DNA of 64,000 bases from assembly GCA_964433845.1 (NCBI GenBank), contig CAYSTA010000003.1:600-64599 (forward strand), written 5' to 3'. The translations under genes were made by a program, and so were the position numbers. This DNA comes from an uncultured Flavobacteriaceae bacterium. Its GTDB lineage: Bacteria > Bacteroidota > Bacteroidia > Flavobacteriales > Flavobacteriaceae. The notes beneath the pieces are model-generated. The model searched no databases, had not been told where the DNA came from, and saw nothing but the letters and a program-made list of their open reading frames with translations. Below are positions 20,362 to 30,214 of the stretch, piece by piece (within the stretch, counting starts at the first letter, position 1; every line of letters begins with the position of its first letter).

Positions 20362-21828
20362 ATGGAAAATTATTATAATCAATTAACGTCAAATCAACAA
20401 AAAGAACAACTAGCAAAATGTAGGTTTATGAGTTCCTCAGAATTTGAAAATGGTGTAGATATTCTTAAAGGAAAAAATATTGTTATAATTGGTTGCGGAG
20501 CACAAGGCTTAAATCAAGGTCTAAACATGAGGGATTCAGGTCTTGATATTTCTTATGTTTTGCGATCCTCATCAATAAAAAATAAAAAAGAATCATTTTT
20601 AAATGCTTCAAAAAATAATTTTGAAGTTGGAACTTTTGAAAACTTAATTCCAAAGGCAGATGTTGTAATAAACTTAACACCTGATAAAAATCACACTAAT
20701 GTAGTAAATCAGGCAATGCCATTGATGAAAAGAAATTCAGTTTTATCTTATTCACATGGATTTAATATTGTTGAAGAAGGAATTCAGATAAGAAAAGATA
20801 TAACTGTAATTATGGTTGCTCCAAAATGTCCAGGCACTGAGGTTCGTGAAGAATTTCTTAGAGGTTTCGGAGTTCCAACATTGATAGCAGTTCATCCTGA
20901 AAATGATCCTAATGGAGATGGAATAGATCTTGCTAAAGCATATGCAGTTGCAACGGGAGGGCATAAAGCAGGAGTTTTAGAATCTTCATTTGTGGCTGAA
21001 GTAAAATCTGATTTGATGGGTGAGCAGACTATTTTATGTGGTGTATTACAAACGGGATCTATTTTATGTTTTAATAAAATGATAGAATTAGGCTATGATA
21101 ATGGTTTTTCTTCAAAATTAATTCAATATGGGTGGGAAACAATTACTGAAGAATTAAAACATAATGGGATTACAGGAATGATAAATAGATTAGATGATAG
21201 TTCTAGATTAATGGTTCATGAACTTTCCAATGACTTAAAAAAAATAATGACTCCATTATTTAATCACCATATGAATGATATTTTAAGTGGTAGTTTTTCA
21301 AAAAACATGATGAATGACTGGACTAATAATGATTATAATCTATTAAAATGGAGAGAAGAAACAGGCGACACTAATTTTGAAAAAACTAATCCATCAAACG
21401 TTGAAATTTCCAATGATGATTTTTTTAATAAAGGAATATTAATGATAGCTTTTGTTAAATCTGGAGTTGAACTTGCTTTTGAAACTATGATTAATAATGG
21501 AATTATTGATGAATCTGCATATTATGAATCTTTACATGAATTGCCACTAATAGCAAACCTAGTAGCAAGAAAGAAATTATATGAAATGAATAGAATTATT
21601 TCAGATACTGCTGAATATGGCTGTTATTTATTTAATCAATCATGTTTACCTCTTCTTTCTGAATTCATGAAGAAAATTGATAAAACACACATAGGTAAAG
21701 TTAATAATCCTATAAAGATTGATGTGATCAAGTTAAATAAATTCGACTCTGAAACAGAAAATCACCCAATTGAAAAAATCGGCATGATTTTAAGAAAAAA
21801 TATGGGTAATATGAAAAAATTAAAGTAA
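20362..21828 (+). CDS. ilvC: ketol-acid reductoisomerase, long (class II) form
   Basis: 488 aa. The N-terminus is nearly collinear with E. coli IlvC (QLAKCRFM...[22 protein letters not shown]). Confidence 0.96.
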   Translation: MENYYNQLTSNQQKEQLAKCRFMSSSEFENGVDILKGKNIVIIGCGAQGLNQGLNMRDSGLDISYVLRSSSIKNKKESFLNASKNNFEVGTFENLIPKADVVINLTPDKNHTNVVNQAMPLMKRNSVLSYSHGFNIVEEGIQIRKDITVIMVAPKCPGTEVREEFLRGFGVPTLIAVHPENDPNGDGIDLAKAYAVATGGHKAGVLESSFVAEVKSDLMGEQTILCGVLQTGSILCFNKMIELGYDNGFSSKLIQYGWETITEELKHNGITGMINRLDDSSRLMVHELSNDLKKIMTPLFNHHMNDILSGSFSKNMMNDWTNNDYNLLKWREETGDTNFEKTNPSNVEISNDDFFNKGILMIAFVKSGVELAFETMINNGIIDESAYYESLHELPLIANLVARKKLYEMNRIISDTAEYGCYLFNQSCLPLLSEFMKKIDKTHIGKVNNPIKIDVIKLNKFDSETENHPIEKIGMILRKNMGNMKKLK

Positions 21829-21850
21829 TAATAAGAACTGATTATTATCT

Positions 21851-22969
21851 CTAAGAATTTAGCATAACAGGCATTACAAGCATTGTAACTTGTTCAGATT
21901 TGGAATCAGATTTCGTAGGTGTTAAAATTCCAGCTCTATTGGGAAGGGATAATTCAAGTTTTACTTCATCAGATGTTAAATTGGATAGCATTTCAACTAA
22001 AAATCTTGAATTGAAACCAATTTCAATATCATCTCCATTATAATTACAGTCAAGTCTTTCTTCAGCTTTATTGCTATAATCTAAATCTTCCGCAGAAACT
22101 ACAAGTTCATTTCCCGTAATTTTTAGTCTAATCTGATGAGTTGTTTTATTTGAAAAAATACTTACTCTTTTAGTTGAATTTAAAAATAAGGATCTATCAA
22201 TAGTTAATACATTTGGATTTTCCTTAGGAATAACAGCTTCATAATTAGGATATTTTCCATCTATAAGTCTACATGTCAGGGATAAATTAGAAAAAATAAA
22301 CTTTGCATTACTTTCATTGTATTCTATATTGACATCATAGTTATCATTAATCAAGATTCCTTTTAAAATATTAAGAGGTTTTTTTGGCATAATAAACTCT
22401 ACTAGTTCACTAGATTTAAAATCTGTTCTAACATACCTAACAAGTTTGTGAGCATCAGTAGCTACAAATGTTGAGTTTTCACTTGAAAATTGAAAAAAAA
22501 CTCCACTCATTACTGGCCTTAAATCATCATTTCCTGAAGCAAAAATGGTTGTATTAATAGCTTGAAATAAAACTTGAGAAGATATAGTTGAGTTTGATGC
22601 ATCACTAATTGATACTGTCTTAGGAAATTCCTCTCCATTAGCATAGGCTAGTGCATATTTACCATGATTTGAGCTTATTTCAATTGTATTATTATCTAAG
22701 ATGTTAAATGTTAATGGTTGTTCAGGAAAAGTTTTTAGAGTATCAATAAGAAGTTTAGCTGGAACAGCAATTGAACTTGTCTCATTTGATTCAATTTCAA
22801 TATCAGCTGACAATGTTGTTTCTAAATCAGATGCAGTAATTTTTAACAGGTTTTTTGATATATCAAAAAGAAAATAATCTAGAATAGGCAATGTGTTATT
22901 TGTGCTTAAAATACCACCTAATATTTGAATGTTTTTTAATAATAAGGAGCTTGATACAATGAATTTCAT
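21851..22969 (-). CDS. dnaN: DNA polymerase III beta sliding clamp
   Basis: 372 aa with a three-domain clamp pattern. Typical start (MKFIVSSSLLLKNIQ...) and C-terminal end (MLVMPVML). Confidence 0.9.
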   Translation of the reverse strand: MKFIVSSSLLLKNIQILGGILSTNNTLPILDYFLFDISKNLLKITASDLETTLSADIEIESNETSSIAVPAKLLIDTLKTFPEQPLTFNILDNNTIEISSNHGKYALAYANGEEFPKTVSISDASNSTISSQVLFQAINTTIFASGNDDLRPVMSGVFFQFSSENSTFVATDAHKLVRYVRTDFKSSELVEFIMPKKPLNILKGILINDNYDVNIEYNESNAKFIFSNLSLTCRLIDGKYPNYEAVIPKENPNVLTIDRSLFLNSTKRVSIFSNKTTHQIRLKITGNELVVSAEDLDYSNKAEERLDCNYNGDDIEIGFNSRFLVEMLSNLTSDEVKLELSLPNRAGILTPTKSDSKSEQVTMLVMPVMLNS

Positions 22970-23047
22970 AATCGAATAAATCTGCTAGTAAATATATTAG
23001 AATATAACGTTAAAATAAAACAATTTTATTAACACTTTATACATTTA

Positions 23048-23878
23048 TTAATGAAATTTAATGGTAACAACATCTCTGTATTTTAATCCAAACAAACTAC
23101 TAGCTCCCCCAGTTATTATAGGATTACTTTTATATATAGCTAATTCTAAAAAATTAGCTTTATTAAATAATGCAATTTTTTTTCCTTCTTCTTTTCTTAA
23201 TTCCTTTTTAACATTGAATTTTATAGATTCACTATATGAATTAACAATAGAATTGAATTTATAATTTCTAGCATTTATAACATAAGGTCTAGATTTTCCA
23301 AATTTTTCAAACACTAACTTTGAAATATTTGTTACTACATTTTCATAATTATCGATATATATCACATTTCCAGTAATTTCATTATTTTTTTCATTTAAAA
23401 TGGGATTTATATCATACAATTCTTTTAGTTGATCTGTCTTTTTACCAACCAAGTCAATTGAACCTCCTCTGTAAATATGTGCAGCTACTTTTACAAAAAC
23501 ATCTAAAACAGTAAAACTTGAACTCGAAGAATTATGAATGTTAATATCTATAATTTTTTCAGGTTTAATCCTATTAGCAACCAAAGACATTATTCCATTA
23601 TCTGCACATATAAAAAAATGTCCATCTAATTTAATTACTAAATGTTTTTTTTCTGGTGTCTTCTCAGAATCAACTCCAATAATATGAATAGATCCTTCAG
23701 GAAAATTTTTATATGAATTTTCAATTATATATGCACCCTCAATAATATTAAATGGTGATATCTCATTAGAAATATCAATAATGTTGACATTAGATATTTC
23801 ATTGTTTAATGCACCCTTTACAGAACCAACAAAATGGTCCTTGTTTCCAAAATCAGTTGTTAATGTAATAACAGGCAT
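23048..23878 (-). CDS. SAM hydrolase / SAM-dependent halogenase family protein (DUF62, S-adenosyl-L-methionine hydroxide adenosyltransferase-like)
   Basis: 276 aa. N-terminal signature ITLTTDFGNKDHFVGSVKG and overall DUF62 length. Confidence 0.75.
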   Translation of the reverse strand: MPVITLTTDFGNKDHFVGSVKGALNNEISNVNIIDISNEISPFNIIEGAYIIENSYKNFPEGSIHIIGVDSEKTPEKKHLVIKLDGHFFICADNGIMSLVANRIKPEKIIDINIHNSSSSSFTVLDVFVKVAAHIYRGGSIDLVGKKTDQLKELYDINPILNEKNNEITGNVIYIDNYENVVTNISKLVFEKFGKSRPYVINARNYKFNSIVNSYSESIKFNVKKELRKEEGKKIALFNKANFLELAIYKSNPIITGGASSLFGLKYRDVVTIKFH

Positions 23879-23894
23879 TTGTTAATAGAAAATT

Positions 23895-23902
23895 TATATT
23901 TG
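23895..23902 (+). promoter_or_regulatory. candidate -7 box (TATATTTG) for phoH
   Basis: Matches TAnnTTTG in the 79-nt divergent spacer, about 55 nt upstream of the GTG start at 23958. Confidence 0.35.
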
Positions 23903-23957
23903 AGATTAAAAATTACATAAATTTACAACTTGCCAATAAATAATAAACTAACCTTAA

Positions 23958-24908
23958 GTGAAAAAACTTGAATATTTTATTAAAGATATACATCCAATTG
24001 ATTTTTTTGATAAAAATAATTATGATATAATTAAGATAATTAAGCAAAATTTCCCTAAACTAAAAATAATTTTTAAAGGAGACAGGGTAATTGCTAGCGG
24101 AGAAAATTCCCTTATTATACAACTAAGAAAAAGACTTGATTCATTAATTTTTATAATTAATGAGACTGATTACATTAATGAAAAAATTATTAATTCAATA
24201 ATGTCTGGAAATGGTGATAAATTAATTGCTTCTATGCATGAAAAAGTTATATTACATGGTGTTGGAAAGAAAATAATCAAAGCTCATACTTTAAATCAAA
24301 TTAAAATTGTTGAAGCTTTTGAAAATAATGATATGGTTTTTGTTATTGGTCCTGCAGGAACTGGAAAAACTTACACGGGAATTGCTATAGCAGTTAAAGC
24401 TTTGAAAGATAAGCAAGTAAATAAAATTATATTGACTAGACCTGCTATAGAAGCGGGAGAAAGTTTAGGATATCTTCCTGGTGACATGAAAGAAAAACTA
24501 GATCCTTATATGCAGCCACTTTATGATGCGTTAAAAGAAATGATCACAATTGAAAAACTAGACGATTATATGCATAGAGGAATTATTGAAATTGCTCCTT
24601 TAGCATATATGAGAGGAAGGACTTTAGATAATGCTTTTGTTTTATTAGATGAAGGCCAGAATACTACACATAATCAAATGAAAATGTTTCTTACAAGAAT
24701 GGGAAATAATGCTAAATTTATGATAAATGGTGATCCTGGTCAAATTGATTTACCAAATAAAATAACATCAGGATTAAAAGAAGCCAATAATATTCTTCAA
24801 AATATTGAAGGAATTGAGATGATTTATTTAGATGATGGAGATGTAATTAGACATCGTGTTGTTAAAAAAATAATTGATGCTTATAAAGAAACTAAACATC
24901 TTAATTAA
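23958..24908 (+). CDS. phoH: PhoH-family ATPase
   Basis: 316 aa. Walker A GPAGTGKT, ILTRPAIEAGESLGYLPGD, and Walker B-like LLDEGQN. GTG start. Confidence 0.9.
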   Translation: MKKLEYFIKDIHPIDFFDKNNYDIIKIIKQNFPKLKIIFKGDRVIASGENSLIIQLRKRLDSLIFIINETDYINEKIINSIMSGNGDKLIASMHEKVILHGVGKKIIKAHTLNQIKIVEAFENNDMVFVIGPAGTGKTYTGIAIAVKALKDKQVNKIILTRPAIEAGESLGYLPGDMKEKLDPYMQPLYDALKEMITIEKLDDYMHRGIIEIAPLAYMRGRTLDNAFVLLDEGQNTTHNQMKMFLTRMGNNAKFMINGDPGQIDLPNKITSGLKEANNILQNIEGIEMIYLDDGDVIRHRVVKKIIDAYKETKHLN

Positions 24909-24913
24909 TTTAT

Positions 24914-25864
24914 ATGAATACAATTACTAGAACAGATTTTAATTTCACAAATCAAATTTCTAAATATTCTGGAAAAGTCAGAGATGTTTATAATATTAAT
25001 AATGAATCATTAGTTATGATAGCATCAGATAGACTTTCTGCATTTGATGTAGTATTACCTAGAGGAATTCCTTTTAAAGGACAAATTTTAAATCAAATTG
25101 CATCAAAAATGCTTAATGCAACGTCTCATATTATACCAAATTGGTTACAAAATTCACCTGATCCTAATGTATCAATAGGGGAAATATGTGAACCATTTAA
25201 GATTGAAATGGTAATAAGAGGATATCTTTCAGGTCATGCAGCTAGATTATACAATTCAGGTTATAGAAAGATTTGTGGAGTTAATATGCCAGAGGATATG
25301 ATAGAGAATGATAAGTTTCCAATTCCTATAATTACTCCAACAACAAAGGCAATTGATGGAAATCATGATGAGGATATATCAAAAGAAGATATTTTAAAAA
25401 AAAATATAATTTCTGAAAAAGAATATTTAAAACTTGAAGAATATACTATTAAACTTTATGAAGAGGGCTCTAGAATTGCTGATGATCAAGGGCTTATTTT
25501 AGTAGACACAAAGTATGAATTTGGTAAAAATGTAGATGGAAAAATAATGTTAATAGATGAAATTCATACACCTGATTCATCAAGATATTTCTATCGGGAT
25601 TCATATAAAGATCTTCAAAAAACAAAATCTCCTCAAAAACAACTTTCAAAGGAGTTTGTAAGGCAATGGCTAATCCGCAATGGCTTTCAAGGAAAGAAAG
25701 GGCAAGTTATTCCAGAAATGAGTGATGATTATATTAATGGAGTTTCAGAAAGATATATAGAGTTATTTGAAAAAATAACTGGGTCTAAGTTTATCAAAGC
25801 AGATATTACAAATATTGAAAAAAGAATTTTAGATAATGTTGAAAATTATTTAAAACTAAAATAA
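24914..25864 (+). CDS. purC: phosphoribosylaminoimidazole-succinocarboxamide (SAICAR) synthase
   Basis: 316 aa. SAICAR synthase motifs GKVRDVY, SDRLSAFD and LVDTKYEFG. Confidence 0.92.
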   Translation: MNTITRTDFNFTNQISKYSGKVRDVYNINNESLVMIASDRLSAFDVVLPRGIPFKGQILNQIASKMLNATSHIIPNWLQNSPDPNVSIGEICEPFKIEMVIRGYLSGHAARLYNSGYRKICGVNMPEDMIENDKFPIPIITPTTKAIDGNHDEDISKEDILKKNIISEKEYLKLEEYTIKLYEEGSRIADDQGLILVDTKYEFGKNVDGKIMLIDEIHTPDSSRYFYRDSYKDLQKTKSPQKQLSKEFVRQWLIRNGFQGKKGQVIPEMSDDYINGVSERYIELFEKITGSKFIKADITNIEKRILDNVENYLKLK

Positions 25865-26760
25865 TTTTTTTTAATTTCTTCTGGATTTATATTAGCATCA
25901 ATCCAAATAATGTCTTTTTTTCTTTTCAACCATGTAAGTTGTCTTTTAGCAAATCTCCTTGAATTTTTCTTTATTTCTTCAATACATTCTTTAAATGTTA
26001 TTTTTTTTTCTAAAAAAAGAAATAACTCCTTATATCCAAGAGTATTTAATGCATTTAGTTTTTTATAGTTAATTAAACTTTTAACTTCTTCCAATAAACC
26101 ACCATCAATCATTTTATCAACTCTTGAATTTATTTTATTATATAATAATTCTCTATTCATTTTTATGCCAATATGAAATAGATTAAATTCATGAATGGTT
26201 TTTTGTTTGCTTATAAATGAAGAATACGGTTTATTGGATGAAATACATATTTCCAGTGCTCTAATTAATCTTCTGGGATTTTGTTTATCAACATTATTAT
26301 AATAAACTGGATCTAATTTTTTCAATTCTTTCTGTAGATATTCAATTCCAAGCTCTTTTAGTTTTAAATTTAGTTTTTCACGAATTCCATTATTAATTTC
26401 AGGAAAAATATCTAAACCATTAACAACAGCATCCATATATAATCCTGAACCTCCAACCATTATTATGTAATTACAGGTCTTAAATTCATTCTTAATGATA
26501 CTTAATGCTTCTTTTTGAAAATCTATAATTGTGTATGTGTCTAATATAGATTTATGTTGAATACAATAATGTTTAACTGCTTTTAATTCTTTTTTTGATG
26601 GAACTGCAGTGCCAATGGTTAATTCTTTATAAAATTGTCTTGAATCACAAGAAATTATATTGCAATTTAATATACTAGCTAAATCTATACTAAATTTTGT
26701 TTTACCCACTGCTGTTGGACCAGAAACAGTTATTAAAGTTTTGTTACTTAAACCTTTCAA
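25846..26760 (-). CDS. miaA: tRNA dimethylallyltransferase
   Basis: 304 aa. P-loop GPTAVGKT, then DSRQFYKEL..IGTA. Its 3' end overlaps the purC 3' end by 19 nt. Confidence 0.92.
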   Translation of the reverse strand: MKGLSNKTLITVSGPTAVGKTKFSIDLASILNCNIISCDSRQFYKELTIGTAVPSKKELKAVKHYCIQHKSILDTYTIIDFQKEALSIIKNEFKTCNYIIMVGGSGLYMDAVVNGLDIFPEINNGIREKLNLKLKELGIEYLQKELKKLDPVYYNNVDKQNPRRLIRALEICISSNKPYSSFISKQKTIHEFNLFHIGIKMNRELLYNKINSRVDKMIDGGLLEEVKSLINYKKLNALNTLGYKELFLFLEKKITFKECIEEIKKNSRRFAKRQLTWLKRKKDIIWIDANINPEEIKKNYFSFK

Positions 26761-26766
26761 TATTAA

Positions 26767-27330
26767 TTATTTTTCCTTTTTAATAATCTTACTTAAGATA
26801 TCATTATTCTTGTCTTTTTTTAATAACAATTTAAATAATTCTACAGTAGCCAAAGCGTCACCAGATGCTCTATGTCTATTTGAGATGGATATGCCTAATG
26901 ACTTTACCAATTTCCCAAGTTTATATGAATCCATATCTGGAATCAATTTTTTTGATAAATTAACTGTACATATTTGAGGAATGTTAAACCTATATCCTAA
27001 TCTATTAAATTCAACTTTTAACATTCTATAATCAAAAGATGCATTATGTGCAACTAATATTGTATTATCTGTAATCTCTAATACTCTTTTACATACCTGA
27101 TAGAATTTAGGAGCGGTTAATAACATTTTATTATTAATACCTGTCAATTCTTGAACATATGGTTGTATTGGAATTTGAGGATTAATTAAACTTATAAATT
27201 CATCTATAATTTTAATTCCATCAAATTTATAAATAGCAATTTCTGTTATTCCTTCTTTATTAAATTTTCCCCCCGTAGTTTCTAAATCAAGTATTGAAAA
27301 CAAAACATTTAATTTAATTCCTTTTTCCAA
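26767..27330 (-). CDS. DEDDh 3'-5' exonuclease (DnaQ/epsilon-like)
   Basis: 187 aa. Exo I DLETTG, Exo II HNASFD, Exo III HRASGDA. Confidence 0.82.
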   Translation of the reverse strand: MEKGIKLNVLFSILDLETTGGKFNKEGITEIAIYKFDGIKIIDEFISLINPQIPIQPYVQELTGINNKMLLTAPKFYQVCKRVLEITDNTILVAHNASFDYRMLKVEFNRLGYRFNIPQICTVNLSKKLIPDMDSYKLGKLVKSLGISISNRHRASGDALATVELFKLLLKKDKNNDILSKIIKKEK

Positions 27331-27964
27331 AAATATTACTTCCTAATCTTATTAGATTACTATTACATTTAATAGCTATTCTATAATCTGAACTCATTCC
27401 CATAGATAGATATTCAAATGAATATATATTTTTAAATTTTTTATACAGATCATTTAAACTTCTAAATTGTTTTCTTATTAATTTTTGATCATTTGTAAAA
27501 CTAGCCATACCCATTAACCCCTTTATTGAAACATTTCTAAATTCTTTAAATTTTTCAATTATTAATAATTGATTGATTTCTTCATATGAAAAACCAAATT
27601 TTGTAGAATCTTCAGAAATGTCAACTTGAATTAATACGTTAATCTTCCTTTTGTTTTTTACTGCCTGATTGTCAATTTCCCTTAATAATTTTAGACTATC
27701 TACGCTATGGATCATATGAATGAATGAAGCTATGTGTTTAACTTTATTTCTTTGTAAATGACCAACCATATGCCATTTTATATTTTTTGGAAGTTTATTT
27801 TCTTTTTTTATAAGTTCTTGAATTTTATTTTCTCCAAAATGTAGATGTCCAAATTTGTAAGCGATTTTTATATCACTAATAGGCTTACTTTTTGAAACAG
27901 CAACTAATAAAACATTTTTAGGTATTTCATCTAATATTTTATTTAAATTTAATGAGATACTCAT
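27314..27964 (-). CDS. yggS: YggS-family pyridoxal-phosphate homeostasis protein
   Basis: 216 aa. PLP lysine context LVAVSK, HMVGHLQRNK, and C-terminal LSMGMSSDY..RLGS.IFG. Confidence 0.87.
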   Translation of the reverse strand: MSISLNLNKILDEIPKNVLLVAVSKSKPISDIKIAYKFGHLHFGENKIQELIKKENKLPKNIKWHMVGHLQRNKVKHIASFIHMIHSVDSLKLLREIDNQAVKNKRKINVLIQVDISEDSTKFGFSYEEINQLLIIEKFKEFRNVSIKGLMGMASFTNDQKLIRKQFRSLNDLYKKFKNIYSFEYLSMGMSSDYRIAIKCNSNLIRLGSNIFGKRN

Positions 27965-28914
27965 TTAATCTTATTTAATATTTCATTTGCAAGTTTTAAA
28001 GCATTTAAACCATCTTTTAAACTTATTATTGGATTAGAGTCATCTAATATAGATTTTGCAAATGAATTATGTTCCTCAAGTATTGCATTATTTTCTTTTA
28101 CATCAGGGTTGTTATAAACAATCTGTTTTTTATTTCCATCAGAGTTTTCAATTACCATTGCATAATTATCATTAACATTCTTTATATCATTTATCTGAAC
28201 TATCTCTGTTTTCTTTTCAAGAAAGTCAACTGAGATATAAGCATTTGATTGAAAAAAACGTGTCTTTCTCATGTTTTTAAGGGAAATTCTACTTGCTGTA
28301 AAGTTTGCTACACAACCGTTTTCAAATTCAACTCTTGCGTTACATATATCAGGAGTTTCATTTATAACACATACTCCATTTGCATTTACGGTCTGTGGTT
28401 TAGATTTAACTAAACTTAGAACAATATCAATATCATGAATCATTAAGTCTAATACAACTGAAACATCGTTTCCTCTGGGATTAAACTCAGCTAATCTGTG
28501 ACATTCTATAAATTTTGGATTATTAATAGTATCATTTAAGCATGTAAAAGCACTATTAAATCTTTCAACATGTCCAACTTGTCCTTTGACTTTCTTTTTG
28601 TTAGATAAATTAACTAAACTTATTGCTTGGTCAACTGTACTCGTTATTGGTTTTTCAATAAAAACATGTTTAGAATTTTCAATACATTTTTTGGCAATTT
28701 CATAATGATTAGGAGTATTAGTACATATAAATACAGCATCAATTGAATTAATTAAATTATCAATATTGTCAAAAAACAAAAATTTGCTATTAATATTTGA
28801 TATATTTTTATTTGTATCAAAATAACCTATTAATTCAAAAAAATTGGATTCTTTAAGAAGTTTTAGATGAATTGAACCAAGGTGGCCAGCACCAATTACA
28901 CCAGCTTTTATCAT
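27961..28914 (-). CDS. Gfo/Idh/MocA-family NAD(P)-dependent oxidoreductase
   Basis: 317 aa. N-terminal Rossmann motif GVIGAGHLG and the EKP motif (VFIEKPI). Confidence 0.8.
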   Translation of the reverse strand: MIKAGVIGAGHLGSIHLKLLKESNFFELIGYFDTNKNISNINSKFLFFDNIDNLINSIDAVFICTNTPNHYEIAKKCIENSKHVFIEKPITSTVDQAISLVNLSNKKKVKGQVGHVERFNSAFTCLNDTINNPKFIECHRLAEFNPRGNDVSVVLDLMIHDIDIVLSLVKSKPQTVNANGVCVINETPDICNARVEFENGCVANFTASRISLKNMRKTRFFQSNAYISVDFLEKKTEIVQINDIKNVNDNYAMVIENSDGNKKQIVYNNPDVKENNAILEEHNSFAKSILDDSNPIISLKDGLNALKLANEILNKIK

Positions 28915-28972
28915 TTTATTTTTTTTTCAAAAATACAATAGTTATCGTTATTTTTATTTTAATTTTTCACAT

Positions 28973-29614
28973 TTGATAGATAGTTCTAAACACAAGGGGT
29001 TAAGAAAAAGGTTAGTTGACCAACTTATACAAAAAGGTATTGAATCTAATGAAGTTTTAAATGCTATAAAGAATATTCCTAGACACTTATTTATGGATAA
29101 GGATTTTGAATCTCATGCGTACGTTGATAAGGCTTTTCCAATTGGATCAAATCAAACCATTTCTCAACCTTATACAGTTGCATTTCAGACTTCATTATTA
29201 AAATTAAAACCAAATGAAAAAGTTTTAGAGATAGGAACTGGATCTGGGTATCAAACGGCAATTTTAGTAAAATTAAAGGCAAAGGTTTATACAATTGAAA
29301 GACAACATGATTTATATAGAAAGGCAATAAAAAGATTACCTCTATTAGGTTATGAACCTGAATTAATTAAATATGGTGATGGTTATTTAGGAATTAAAGA
29401 ATTTGCTCCATATGATAAAATTATTATTACTGCTGGCGCAATCGATGTTCCTAAAAAACTATTGTTACAACTTAAGGTAGGTGGGATAATGGTAATTCCA
29501 GTTGGAAAAAATATTCAAGAAATGACATGCATAGAAAGAGAAAGTAAAAATAAATTTAAAAAAAAATTAATGGGTAAGTTTAGCTTTGTTCCAATGCTAA
29601 AAAATGTAAATTAA
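28973..29614 (+). CDS. pcm: protein-L-isoaspartate O-methyltransferase
   Basis: 213 aa. QTISQPY and the SAM-binding motif VLEIGTGSGYQTA. TTG start. Confidence 0.9.
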   Translation: MIDSSKHKGLRKRLVDQLIQKGIESNEVLNAIKNIPRHLFMDKDFESHAYVDKAFPIGSNQTISQPYTVAFQTSLLKLKPNEKVLEIGTGSGYQTAILVKLKAKVYTIERQHDLYRKAIKRLPLLGYEPELIKYGDGYLGIKEFAPYDKIIITAGAIDVPKKLLLQLKVGGIMVIPVGKNIQEMTCIERESKNKFKKKLMGKFSFVPMLKNVN

Positions 29615-30072
29615 TTATTTTTTGCTTTCTTAATTCTGTCAAGTTGAATTTTGTTTTCTCTATTTTTTATAGATTGTCTTTTATCATAAATCTTTTTTCC
29701 TTTAGCTAAGGATATTAAGACTTTTGCATAACCTTTTTCATTTATAAAAACTTTTAGCGGAATTATAGTTAACCCTGTATTTTTCACTTGTTTAGCAAGT
29801 TTATTTAATTCTTTCTTGTTTAATAAAAGTTTTCTTTGATTTCTTGTTTTATGATTAAATTGATTGCCAAATGAATATTCATCAATAAACATATTTATAA
29901 TAAATAACTCTCCAGAATCATTAAATTCACAGAAGCTCTCTGAAATAGATGCTTTGTTAGCTCTAATAGATTTTATTTCAGTTCCAGTTAATACAATTCC
30001 TGCGGAAAATTGATCCATTAAACTGTATTCAAACTTAGCTTTCTTATTTATTATGTTTATTTTCTTTTTCAC
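29611..30072 (-). CDS. smpB: SsrA-binding protein
   Basis: 153 aa. NKKAKFEY..GTEIKS and a basic C-terminal tail. GTG start. Confidence 0.93.
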   Translation of the reverse strand: MKKKINIINKKAKFEYSLMDQFSAGIVLTGTEIKSIRANKASISESFCEFNDSGELFIINMFIDEYSFGNQFNHKTRNQRKLLLNKKELNKLAKQVKNTGLTIIPLKVFINEKGYAKVLISLAKGKKIYDKRQSIKNRENKIQLDRIKKAKNN

Positions 30073-30132
30073 ATTGTAAAGTTAATAAGTATATTTTATT
30101 TATAATTTTTTATAAAAATTGTTAATTCTTTA

Positions 30133-30160
30133 TTAATAATTAATAAATATTAATTATTAA
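30133..30160. repeat. 28-bp perfect palindrome (13-bp arms, 2-nt spacer) in the smpB-glyA divergent spacer
   Basis: TTAATAATTAATA aa TATTAATTATTAA. The arms at 30133-30145 and 30148-30160 are exact reverse complements. The sequence is entirely A/T. Confidence 0.85.
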
Positions 30161-30188
30161 ATACATTGTCAACCATTTTATTGATCAT

Positions 30189-30196
30189 TAAATTTG
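30189..30196 (+). promoter_or_regulatory. candidate -7 box (TAAATTTG) for glyA
   Basis: Matches TAnnTTTG 19 nt upstream of the glyA ATG. Confidence 0.5.
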
Positions 30197-30214
30197 ATCA
30201 CATAAATCAAAATT

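Noticed and set aside
21851-22969. I considered dnaN as a marker of a nearby replication origin.
   Set aside because: There is no dnaA gene next to it. The flanking spacers are only 22 and 78 nt, and I could not recognise a cluster of DnaA-box-like repeats. In Bacteroidota dnaN is commonly unlinked from oriC.
23048-23878. I considered whether the DUF62 protein is a fluorinase/chlorinase-type halogenase, which would be interesting in a marine organism.
   Set aside because: Most DUF62 members are SAM hydrolases (hydroxide adenosyltransferases). I cannot distinguish halogenase-specific residues by eye, and no biosynthetic neighbours are present (dnaN on one side, phoH on the other).
26660-26977. 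A 105-aa plus-strand ORF spans the miaA start and the exonuclease gene end. Similar short antisense ORFs occur at 951-1190, 6486-6692, 32890-33210, 43164-43439 and 45593-45847.
   Set aside because: All are nested antisense to strongly supported genes, are F/L/I/S-rich, and lack independent signals. I treat them as shadow ORFs.
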